A stretch of 63,648 nt of DNA, filler included, from Collodictyon triciliatum (lineage: Eukaryota), in NCBI GenBank assembly GCA_043381765.1. It is 4 parts of 4 records of this genome, joined end to end, with 100 filler letters (N's around TTAATTAATTAA, not from the genome) between each part and the next. Parts side by side here need not be neighbours in the genome. Positions count along the whole stretch, not along the records: positions 1 to 20,694 come from JBHJMP010000103.1; positions 20,795 to 39,526 come from JBHJMP010000104.1; 2 more parts are not named here. One strand, 5' to 3'. The notes below the pieces were generated by a model. It saw only the letters and a program-made list of their open reading frames with translations, was not told the origin of the DNA and did not search any database. Both the position numbers and the translations under genes were made by a program. Shown piece after piece: positions 10,718-24,200 of the stretch (positions are counted from its first letter, which is position 1; each line of letters opens with the position of its first letter).

Positions 10718-13700
10718 ACTAGGAATACAGAGCAGAAGCAAATTCCATACTCTATGCAAGAAAAACTCCACTATTTTTCGGGGAGAGAGAGTGAAATACA
10801 ACAAATGCGCAATTTGGTAAGCTGTATTCTTTTGTAGAAATGCTTCCCTCATAGGATTCATGACTATAAAAATTAGATTTATGAAAATATCGAATATAGA
10901 TTGATATCCAGAAAGCTGTGGAGCATGGGCCAATTATAATCGAGGGGAAGAAGGGTTCTTGATTAAAACTAATTTATATTCATATTTAAAGAAATACAGT
11001 AGCATTAACAATTCTGTCTTGATTTAGTATTACTGCATATATGCTCCTATTTATACTTTCTTGTAATTTTTCAGGGGCTGGAAAGTCATCTTTGATGGCA
11101 AAAATAATGGAGGAAATTTGCAATCCCGTTGGGGAAGAGGCTGAAACTGAAGCCATCATGGTTTATCATTTTCTAACCTTACGAACTCGAGGCCAGACGA
11201 TTGAAAAGTGCTTATTGTATCTAATAATGAGTGAATATCAATATTTGTCTCTTTATTTCTACTTTTGTATCTCTAAAAGTAATATTTTTCTCGCAGGGTT
11301 ATAGACGTACTTTATCAGAAGACCAAACAAGTGCTAAAGTCGATGAATCCTACAATCCATATCAGCGATAAAAGTACTTTTTTTTTTTATAGCTATTTAT
11401 TATTCTTTTTTATGCCCTTACGCTATATTAAATTGTTATTGCGCCGCATGGTAAAGATTTTGTGAATCTAACCTCCTAATAAGTCGATTGCAGCCGACCT
11501 GATGCATTTTTCAGATTGATAGCACTGGTGCGCACCGAACAATTTCAGTAGGACTTTCTTTAAATAAAAATCTTACGATAACACTTATTTCACTGAATTA
11601 TTCTTTAATCTAAATATCTTGAATGCATTTTGAAGTTATTATGTACTTTTTCTTTAAAACATAAATTCATCACTAGAAATATGCCATTTTACATGCTCAT
11701 CGATGGTGTGGAGTACATTACTCCACGAGACGAGCAGGATAATCCGTTGGATATGAAGTGGCTTCCCATCATATTGCCCCCAAACGTCTTTTTAATTGTG
11801 ACGAACCCAAATGCAAGACCTCTGGCCGATGATATTCATGTATTATCATCTATATTCTAATTTTCTATGAAATATCAAACTATATCCCTCAATTATATTA
11901 ACAAATTCTTCAGCAAATCCAGCTCCATCATCGAGTGCTTTCTGTCGAGAATTTAAGTATCGAGGACACTCAAGCTATTGCATCCAAATTCTTTTTCAAT
12001 TTCTCGCCTCTTGTGTTCGACTCTTTCATGACCCTCATGGATGCCCATTATCTTGGTACCTTTTTTATTTTTTAAAAAAAAAGTCAAGTCAATCAAGTAT
12101 TTCTATTTAAATCTTAGCTTTAATTTGATTACTACATAATAATTTATTTCTTATGCGACAAAATAATTTAAAGAAATATGCCAAAAAAAAAAAAACGGCC
12201 GATATCACATACGTGATAGAAGAAGAGTACCTCACTACCACCATTCAACTCCTTCAATATCCTTCAATTTTTGATACAACTTAACTCAGTTTTGGCGGAT
12301 CCAATCTACCTGAGACTATTTCTGGGTGAAATTTCGAGATGGAGACATCAAACTGATATACTTACGAGAGCAAATGAGCTACTTGAATATAAAACTACAG
12401 ACTTACTCATGCAAAAGATTATCGAGGATTGGAGATCAGATTTTGGTATTTTACATAGAGAAGAAACATAAACGATGCTCGTGCTTTTATCAACTTAATG
12501 CTTTTCATATTGACCCTAATCCATTAAAAATGTTGTAGATACAGAAATAGTAGACATGATTTTATCATTTCTCTCAATATCGAAGAATGGGTTATCCGAA
12601 GACTATCTATGCCAATACCTGGAAAGGAAATTTGGGAGAAGATACAGACAGACGAATTCGTAATATCACTATTGATGCTATTGCTTCTTCTATTATACTA
12701 TCAATAGTCATATACACATTTATTTACATGATTAATGCATCTTTAGTCACAACTTTCTTCAAGTAATATCGGTCATATGTCTCTCTTTATACGAGGAAAA
12801 GTAAAGCCATCACATTGATCTGTACAAATCACTCAAATCAATAATATGTTTTTTTTTCAAAGTTGAATGGTGTAAATATATCTTTTTTCTTTGCAGGTTT
12901 GTATTCATGAATGACAGTGTGAAGCAAATAGCACAAAATATCTACTTGACAGAGAAAAAAGAAGAGGCTATTTTGGGCTACACAGAATACCTCCAAGGGC
13001 GACAGAGAACTGTGAAAGACGTCTTGGAAATCGATGTGGACGAAATTTGTCACGCGTATTGCGTGGGTATGATGCATGCTAAACTATCAAAGTATTTGAG
13101 CAATCCAGAGGTGAGCAATTCTATATTCGGCTGCCGGATAAAAATAAATAAATTACATGTTCATTCTATTTTACTCTATTGAAGGTGTTTTCTCTATCTC
13201 TTTGATTCAATAGCGCTTCTTTCGAGTTAAATAAAAAATTAAACCTGTCCAGGTTGTGGAGAAACTTTTATCCGGTGAATACAGGCAAACATTTTATGAT
13301 TGTTGGGATTTGTTGCGAAAGCATGGATATGGATTCAGAAGTGTTCACGGAAGTGTTATCGATGTAATCCTTAAATTAATAATATCAGAGTGACAGGGTT
13401 TGGTCGAATTCCCTCTTATTTCAAAATTTTCATTACTAGAAACCAGAAAAAGTTACTCATCTTTTGATGGAGTATTTAAAAGAAGTACGAGAATACAATA
13501 TTTTGTTATCATCAACAAGAACAAGGCTATCTAGGAAAAGAAAATATAGTAAAAAAAATCATACATTTGAGATATTCCACTAAATTTGCAGATTCGATAC
13601 AACTTTGTAATTTTTCAAAAATAAACATGAAATTCTGATCAACTTATAATTAGCCTCTAGAATTGACGATTTGCTTCTCCTTTGGTGGATGTTAACGGTA

Positions 13701-16700
13701 ACTGGCAGGTTTTATTTTGTATTCATGATTACATAATACCCATTTATCTCTCTTGTTTCTAGTAGGACACGTAGCAGTTTATCATTCTATTACTTTCCCC
13801 TTGAATCAATTAAATCAAGAAAAANNNNNNNNNNNNNNNNNNNNNNNNNNNNNNNNNNNNNNNNNNNNNNNNNNNNNNNNNNNNNNNNNNNNNNNNNNNN
13901 NNNNNNNNNNNNNNNNNNNNNNNTTTTTAACTCTTTCTTCTTTCATCCATTCGTATTCAACAGGCGGTGTGCTAATAAGACATCCATTCTAACTTCTTTT
14001 TCTCCTTCAGGAGCCCAGCAGCTGACACTCAACTCCACGTATATTTGGAGCTATTGGAAGCAAAGAACGACGAAATTCTAACTCTTGTCGAAGCATATGA
14101 TTACTTAGCAGATGTCCTTAGCAGTACCAAGAAGTATCATCTGTTCTTAATTTCCGCCCGACATGTGCCTAACTTACCACTGACTCATTTTTAGGTATCA
14201 AGAAGCGATTGATTTTTACAAGAAATCAATAGAATTGAGAATATCTCGTTATGGAGAGAACGACCCACTTTTGGCTCTATCATACGAGAAAATTGCGTTC
14301 ATATACACAGAATTCGGCTCGTATGTTCCTCTTGAATCGAATTTGCTTCTGCCCTAATCACAACGTTTTTTTTTTTAATTAATTAAAACCAAAAATACTC
14401 ATCTTTCTCAGAGCATATGACGTATATGAGTATCACCTTCGAAGTTACAATGTCAGACTACACGTGCAGAATGACGATGTCTATGGAATATCATGCTCAA
14501 GACAAAATGTCGGAATATCGTTATTGCAACTGGAGAAGTAATAGTGATATCTAAAGCAATATTCACTGTCCCTTTCACAATAATATTTTCTTTTTCTCTT
14601 TAGTGCTGAGCCTTCTTGTTATCTGCATGGAATGATTTTGCAAAATTAAGGGCCCTAACTAATGAAAAATGAACATTTCGTATTTAAATTATGCACCTAT
14701 TGTGCATAGATGAATATGAAGCTGTAGCACTTAAACAAATACTACATCTAAACAAACATACAGACCATCAGAGGCACTTTTTTATCTGGAGTCATGCTTG
14801 TTGGGGAGAGTTAGAATATTTGGAGAGTTAAATCCAGAAACAACGATGGCTTATTATAATGTTGGGAAGGCGTATGAATGCATGGGAAAGTAGGCACCCT
14901 TATTGCGATAAAAAAAATACTGCAGGCTTCATTTACATACTGAGACAAAACTAGGACTTGCGTTTTGGATTACCATCCATGTCGATTTCTTATTCTTGAA
15001 AAATCGTTCGTTTATACTAATTGAGGTCTTCCTTTGATTTAGAACATCTGAGGCAATTGAATACTACGAGAAATGTTTGAATCGCCGGAGAAGTTGTCTT
15101 GGGGCTGACCATCCAAGTGCCAATTCTGTCTTGAGGAGAATCGGTGATTTATATGAAAAGATGGGAAAGTAAAATCTACTTTACTAATTCTATAAATCAA
15201 ATTATGAAGAAACAGTGAGCTATTTCTGCTGTCTGTGTCTTTCTATTCTTGAAATTTTTTCCTTTGTTAATTTTAAATTCAGTTTCTCCTCTTTCTGCCA
15301 ATAACATACAATCAGGTTATCTATGTCATCAAGGGCCTATCAAGAGATTATCGAAATATACAAGCCCAGAGAAGAGAACAGGAAAATTAGGACAGTGCCA
15401 ACGCTGTTTGAGCTAGGATGTGTTCTTAAGCAACAGGAACGGTAATGAGAGCCCTCAAAACATTTTTAATACCGTGGAAAGCAAATTACCTACTTGACAT
15501 ATTAACTGCGAACGTATTGTTTTAAAAAAAAGTGATGCATCTGAACAATGAGCAGAAGATAATGTTATTTTTATTTATAAAGGGAATTTTGAGATTTATA
15601 TTGAAACTCTTTGAATTGAATAAAGGGGAAAAAAGAGGTTTATATTGGAACTAAAAACGTTTATACTTATTTCTCTTTTTTCTCTCTCTTTTTTTTTTTT
15701 TGTTATCAAGGTACGAGGATGCACAAAAATATTATCTAGAGGCCTTTGAGATTGCACAGGCAGAAGACATCGAATACATCAACTATGCAGCCGCTCGGTT
15801 CGATTTGGGAGACATATACTATGCTCTGGGCAGGTTTGTATAATCAGGATAAATCAAGGAAATTATTTTACACATCTGGCTCGGTGTAAAATCGAGTCAA
15901 TATTTTTAGAAGGAGGTTTGGTAATGTGCAATATTTAACAGAATTGACGAAGCTATATTGGAGTATAAACAGAGTTTAGAGTTAAGAGAGAATGGCTCAT
16001 ATGGTGATGTCCTAGGAATTGCTGTGCTTCGTTGTCACTTGGCAGATATTTACTGCGAAAATGATCAGTAATACTAGTGTATATGCAGTTTTATGCAAAT
16101 GTTGAGGCTGAATAGTCTCATACAAAAGTCTAATTCCTACTAAATATGTTTGAATATTACTCAGTGATAATCTCCAAACTTCAGACTAGGTGATGCGCTA
16201 GGACTTTATCTAAAAGTTTTGGAAACATATACTCAATACCAAGGGCAATTACATGAGAATGTTGCGTTCGCCCTAGAGAAAATAGGAGAAATTCAGTTCA
16301 AAACAAAAAAGTGAAGCTTTATATCATTAATATTCTCGATTCACCCAGCTCCCGCTCTTCAATTTTTAAATTTCGTTGAACTAACGTGCATCATCTATGA
16401 CAACACCAGCTTCTCAGCATCACTAGTAAGGTTCAAAAGGGCTATGAAGATAAGGGTGCATAATAATGGGCGAGACCACCACGGACTTGCGCGTCCATAC
16501 CATATGATAGGCATGATTTACAACATACTGAACAAGTGGGTTTACATGTACATGATATATACGTCTGAGTCAAATAAAGTTGCCGGAAAAAATGGCTTAT
16601 GCAAATCCCATACTTTTAGAGTTTAAAATTAAAATTAAAAGTAAAACATAATTAACTCGGAAATAACTCATGTAAGGAAAATAGTGTAAAGGAAATAGAC

Positions 16701-19131
16701 CATGATATAAATCTTATTTACCAATCCTTTATTCACAAGATTACTTAAATTAGCAACGAAAAGGCTATCAAATATTTTGACAAATATCTCCAATTGATGG
16801 AAGTTCTCCAAGGTACTGACGAGCAAATATACGACACTTATTACACCTTAGGTACTCTGTACTGGAGAGAAGGAAAGTAAGTTGAAAAAATATGCTTTAT
16901 AAAGGAATTATTGGAGAAAAATTTACTCGTTTATCAAAAAATGATGATTCATATGCCATTATAAGCGGGAATATTCTCTAATAGCTATAATTTAAATGGA
17001 TACAAGTTTCGACAGGGCGACGCATTACCTGGAAACATTACTTTCAAGACACCAGGAGGTAAAAGGATTTTCTCATCCGGATACAGGGGAAATCTTAATT
17101 CTACTGGCGCGCAGTTTACAAGAGCGTGGCAGGTTTTTGTTGATGAGTATTGATTTTTGCTGCCTATTTGAAGTGAAAGTTCCATCAATATTTATTTCAG
17201 AACAAGCCTGAAGTAAAGTTTTTGTCTGCCATATTGATGGCGCTCTCAACTAGAAAATGTCTAATGTTGACTTTACAATCTTAGATTTGAGGAAGCCATC
17301 ACACATTACGAAAAATTATTTGAAATAAGTTGGGATTCTGAGCAAAACAAGGAGAATGTAGCAAAAATTAAATACAATATGGGGCTGTGCTTTTTAAATT
17401 TGCAAAAGTGAGCAGAATGATATCTTTTATCCTTGAATTTTATATTGTAACAACAAATGTTTATCTGGATACAGTTTTACAATTTGATGATGATATTCTA
17501 TTTTTGTCACTATTCTTTTTCACGGCTTTTCATTATTCGAAAAGTTTTTGGAATCTTTTATAGTTAAGATTTCATAAATTTCTTATAGCCATCAAACTTG
17601 AAGGTTTTCTAAGATTTCCTTTTCCTTCTTTCACATTTTACAACCACATACACTATTCTGTTTCTCTTCCTCGTTGCAAAACAGGCTTGAATCGGCATTG
17701 GAGCAATTTACAGATACCCAAGACCTACAAACACAAGCGTTCGAAGAAGATGGTTCAGAAAGCTTTCATTTCTGGGAAATTTCTCTTCACATAGGCTGCA
17801 TTCTATATGAATTAGAGAAGTACGTATTACAATAATAGAATAGATCAAATAGCAGATTTCATGATGCATAGGTAGTGGCCAGGGAGCTCTGTTGGCATAA
17901 AATGAACAAACACCATTTCTAGGTATGCCCCTGCCGTTCAAAGTCTTGAAAAGGCTCTAGAGATACACGAAGGTGATTGGGAAGGACATACAAGGCAATA
18001 TATCAACCTAAAATTGGTATTGGCACGCACTTTAGTCCGCATGCTTAAGTAAAGTTTAATGCATTTTTGTAATTGGATTGATTTTCATTAAAATCTGTCG
18101 CTCGTAAAGAGCGATAGGTTTTGGAGAATGAAAGTGTTTTTTTTCCATATTTTTTTATTTACCTCCCGATTTTACCTTTTTTTTTTCTTCTTCTTTTTAT
18201 GGGTGTCCATATTGTCAGTTTAACTTCTCGGGACATAAGAAACGAGGATTTTTGAAATGTAGAACTGGCATCAAATGCTAATCTACGTTTTTTTTTTTTT
18301 TTTTTTGGTCTTGGGGGTTGCGTAGTTACGACTTATCCCTGGAAGCATATGGATGTGCGGTCGGCAAATTGAAAGAGGACGACGAGTCTCAACTGCTCGA
18401 GTTGGCTGTTGTCCACCGTGAGATGGGTTTAGTCTATATCTTCAAAGGAGAGTAAGTTTTGAATAGGCTGCAACCGTCGCCGAAAAATTGGTTTTTTTTA
18501 AAAAAAGAGATAAATAGTGTATTTAAACTGCCTATACCCCAAAAAAAACATCATGAGCACGAAGGAGAAAAAAAAGCCTTTCTCCCTTTCTTTTATTATC
18601 GACTGAAAAATTTATATAATTCTACAAAAATAAATAAACAAAGAAACAAACAAACAAACAAAAATATTTAACATGAACAAATAGCGCGCACACATAACAC
18701 ATTCCAATCTAACACGATTTAGACTGGAGCTGGCTGCGTTGCACCTAGAAAAATCACTCAGCATCCAGAAGGAAGTCCACCAAACCTGGACGGTCGATAT
18801 GCTCAAGGCACTGAACGATGCCGCAGTGGTGTACCAGAAGGCTGGGCAGGGCAAGCTGGCCATCGAGCGGTTGATGCAGGCATACTCCATTACCAAGGCA
18901 CACTTTCCCAAGGGCGATGCACGGACTGAAGCGGCTGAGGCCAAGCTCAAGACCGCTCGCTTGATACTGCAGGATGGCGAAGTTGCGGTTCGCACAGTCG
19001 CCCAAGTGCCGGTTGCCCAAGAGCCGAGTATTCAAGAACCGGCTGCCGAAGAGCCGGTCATCCCAGAGCCAGCCGTTGAAGAGCCGCTCGCTGAAGACCC
19101 AGCCACCAAGCCCGCATGCGTTGTCTCGTAA
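10718..19131 (+). CDS. STAND-class (NACHT/NPHP3-like) NTPase + ~17 TPR repeats + C-terminal CaaX; 5' end probably missing
   Basis: YFSGRESEIQQM; spliced Walker A IIIEGKK|GAGKSSL; Walker B FYMLIDGVE; WLPIILPPNVFLIVT; ADPIYLRLFL; then 42-aa TPR exons (e.g. YQEAIDFYKKSIELRISRYGENDPLLALSYEKIAFIY); ends KPACVVS*. Confidence 0.88.
15591..15652 (+). mobile_element. Micro-insertion family A with 18-bp TSD (2 mismatches)
   Basis: GAGATTTATATTGAAACT / GAGGTTTATATTGGAACT flank CTTTGAATTGAATAAAGGGG(A)6. Confidence 0.8.
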
Positions 19132-19169
19132 TCGATGCACATCCCATTCCAAAGTGGAGGGGAAAAGAT

Positions 19170-19257
19170 TGAAAAGAATGAAAAGAATGAAAATGAAAAG
19201 AATGAAAAGAATGAAAAGAATGAAAAGAATGGAAAGAATGGAAAGAATGGAAAGAAT
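19170..19257. repeat. (GAAAAGAAT)n repeat downstream of the TPR gene
   Basis: Visible tandem repeat. Confidence 0.85.
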
Positions 19258-19624
19258 AAACTGACGATAAGCCAGCAGTAAAATAATCGTCAGAAACCAG
19301 CCAACAAACCGCACATATCTCCGGTGGGCATCCAAGCCCATCTGCCAGAGTGCACTCTGTTCCCTCGGTGGCTGTCTGTGGTCTGTGGCGGGATACTAAA
19401 AGCACACACGCGGGCGGCATTCGCTGTTCGAGGCCGGTACTGAGAAACTCAGGTGCGAAGGACGTTTGTGTGCGGCTCAGAAAGCAGCCATCTGTCTCTC
19501 TGTGTCTCTGTCTGTCGAAAAATCAATCAGAATCAGAGGGCGGCCAACGCGCCAAACTTCAGCTGACTCACACTCGCTCACTAACACAATCCAGCCGCAA
19601 ACATCCAACTCGCCAGCCGCAGCC

Positions 19625-20592
<968 letters not shown>

Positions 20593-20613
20593 GTATTTCC
20601 ATGTCATTCTTCT

Positions 20614-20682
<69 letters not shown>

Positions 20683-20694
20683 CTTTTTTTTTTT

Positions 20695-20794
20695 NNNNNN
20701 NNNNNNNNNNNNNNNNNNNNNNNNNNNNNNNNNNNNNNTTAATTAATTAANNNNNNNNNNNNNNNNNNNNNNNNNNNNNNNNNNNNNNNNNNNN
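20695..20794. other. Artificial contig linker N44-TTAATTAATTAA-N44
   Basis: Six-frame stop 12-mer at 20739-20750 inside Ns; identical constructs at 39571 and 55304. Confidence 0.95.
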
Positions 20795-21294
20795 GAGTCG
20801 TGATGTGTTCATGGGAATCACCAATCGTTTTTTCTTTCTCTTTCACTTTCCGTCTCTCTCGTTTTCTTTTTCTTTTTCTTTCTCTTTCTTCCCAGGGCTC
20901 GAAAGCAGCGGAGGCAAGCAAACTCTCTCCCTTTCCCCTCTCACTATCGAATCGAAACCAAATAAAAATGCACGAGACACGGTAGCATCAGCGAAACAGA
21001 TATTTGAAGCCTTGAGTGAATTTGGGTATCCATCGATTATATAACACATTTTTTTTTAAATCTTTTCTATATGTTTATTTTTCTTCAATGGGAATAAAAG
21101 ATATGAACTGGTTGCATAGGGAAATACTGATATCCTAATTCAAAGGGAAAATACTGACTTCTACTTCAATAATTAAACAAAAAATGAAAAAGAAAAAGGA
21201 AAGACAACGCAATCTCGAAAAGGCAATCACAAAGGAATAAAAAAAAAAAGTTTTCGCGGGGGCTTGAGATGACAGTGGGCACAATTACTGAGCC

Positions 21295-24200
21295 TCAAAA
21301 AGGGTATATGCGCGACTCCAAGAAAAGTTTCAAGGTATTCAATTCCTCTGATACAAAGAAGTCTGCGTCTGGTATGATGTCCCTGCATTAAGTGGTGGGT
21401 TCAATTATACTTGATATACGTCACAGTTTTCGAAGGTATTCCTTCATACCTGTTTGCAACCAGTTCCTCATAACGCGGGGAGTGCTGTCTTATCAGCAAG
21501 GAGGCGAGCATCATTTCCATAGTATTCCCGGTTTGTTTTGCTATATTATATGCTCTACAGATGTTTGAATTAAAAGAGAAAAAAAGAGAGAAAAAAGAGA
21601 AAAAAAGGGAAAAAGAGAAAAAAAAGGACTTCTTGGGTGGTCGTGTGAAGAGCAATACATACTTAATGAAGCAAGAGGATGCCATCCCAGCATTTTTCGA
21701 GTGCAGGGACAGACAACCACGGTATCTCCAGACAATCCCATCTTTGCCTCTAGAGGAGGAACTAGACAACAATCTATTTATCAAAATCGATATAGTTTCT
21801 ACATCCTGACTATCGTTTGTATTTGGGTGCTTCAAGTCCTCTAGAATGGCATTCAGGACGCGATTCCATTCCGAATGAGGTGAATATCGGGCTACCAGAC
21901 GAATCACCCTGCCTTGGACTTCTGATCGTGATTCTGGTGTGCTGGAAAGATAACACAATAAACTGTAGAGGCATGATGCGTAAGCAAGGAGCAGTAGTGG
22001 CGAATTTGAAGACATTTTCATTATGGAATCTACGGTCTGTGTATATTTAACATTGCAATGGGGTGTTTTTTGTTAATAAATATTTAAGATGGGATTTGTA
22101 TTATTAACAATTCAGATAAGTGACTTTTTCTTTCAAATATGCTAGAAATAAAAATTTAAGACGATTAGAAATGAACTCACCAGCCTAGCAAAGAAAGGGT
22201 GACCGATGAGCGAAGAAAAGCAGCCAAGAAGAATGATTGTGTTGAGGTCGTATAGCGCGCTTGCTTGACTCAGCATTTTATCCGTTACATAGCCCCTAAG
22301 CCTGAGGACACATTTTGTTTTAATAAAAAGGCTAAAAACAAAAAACAAAAAACAAAAAACAAAAAACAAAAAACAAAAAACAAAAAACAAAAAACAAAAA
22401 ACAAAAAACAAAAAACAAAAAACAAAAAACAAAAAAACAAAAAAACAAAACAAAAAAAAACAATCAAATCATACATGTCCAAAATTTTCCCGTTTTCACC
22501 TATACCCAGACGCAAATGTATTGTGGCTATTTGACATGTTGTGATCATGTGCTGCTTCTTGTCTCCAAATTTTAGAGAATACCGATGCAAGTCTTGAATA
22601 AATTGCCGCACCGCAGACAAATCCAATACGTAAAATAAGTTGTACCCCTGTATCATCATCAACTGGAACTAAAAGTAGGCGTACGATATCTAACGTAAGG
22701 AATAAGACAACCATCCTGTACAACAAATGTGCCGCTCTACACATAATTCAATAGATTGGGCATATATATTTTGATATACGTGAGTATGGAAGTCTGAAGC
22801 AGCTTGTGCATATGCCAGGGCTGCATTACATATCGTCAGTCCTTTCGAGAATTCATATTTGTACATGTGGATATATGTTATCTTCTGAAGAGCTTTGGCA
22901 GCATCGGAGTATAGCAAAACCCTATCATTGAGAACATAGTGTAACCCTACTTAATAAATTAATTCAAGAGACAATCATGGATAAACTATTAGAAAATATT
23001 GATAGAAACTGTAAATGGACCTTCCTGATTCCTCTATCTGCTTAAGAACAGCTGAGACACGGTCTTGATGGATGCTGTATGTTACAGCACAATTGTGTAT
23101 CAACATAAAGTGATGGAATTATTACTTTACGGTATTATGATATTAAACTCATTTCTTGATTGATTATGCAATAACACAATAATTTTCTTACGATGATATC
23201 TTTTCATTTCGGAATGAGGAATGGATCAATCCCAGCAAAGCAGAAAGTCTTGCCACGGTACCCAAAAGTTTCAACTCTTCGCACAGTTCCATACCAGAAT
23301 ATGCGCAAACCAACGCATCTTTTATTCTTGACTGTCGAAAGTATATATCAGCGAGTGATTCATAGCACCTTGCACACACAAGCCGATACATTTGGATGGC
23401 GTCTTCATCTTCGAGCGAGGGATTGTTTCGGTCTATCCGAACAGATTCGGAGCGAACTCGTGTGGGCGTAGATAAAGCAAAACGAGACAAGCGCCTTTTG
23501 GATATTACATCAGATGACTCTTGAGACCCAATCGGGTGGAAATTACCAGACCGCCTGTCATTTGCATGTCCTCTTCCGTAAAAATTAGTTGTGACTGCTA
23601 GCCAAGTATCCCTCCACAAGGCGCGTACGACAAAAGGGAATGAGCTTAATTTAAACGTGGATGCTCTTGAATTTGATATCTCCAGACATTCGTTTAGGAA
23701 TCTATGTGACAGAGCAGCAAGAATAAATAAAAATCATTAAGGTTGACTTACGAACATTTCCAGAGAATTTTTATGGATAACTGAGGGTGAAATATTCACT
23801 ACAAACTATTTGAAATTACTTGGATGATTGCGTAAAATCTCCTCGGAGCTTACAACATTCTCCAAGATTAAATTTGCATAATACATCTAAAATTTTATCT
23901 TCCGATAGATTTTCTTGATTAATCAGACTATTTGCCTGGTGGAAACACTAGATTGCATTGTTAAGCGTTAAGAAATATTGCCAGCCTAGGAGTCATGCTT
24001 GAGACAAACTGAGTAGAGATATATAAATATATAGGTAAAATTTTGGGGTTTTTTCTATCAGAATAATATACTCTGATAGCTTCATCCAAGTTGTGTAAAT
24101 TGAGAGCGTCTTCCCCAGATAGCATATAGTATTCTATTGCATTTTTACAATCAGATTTTTATTCCTTCATACACAATTTTATTTTATATAAGACAATTAA

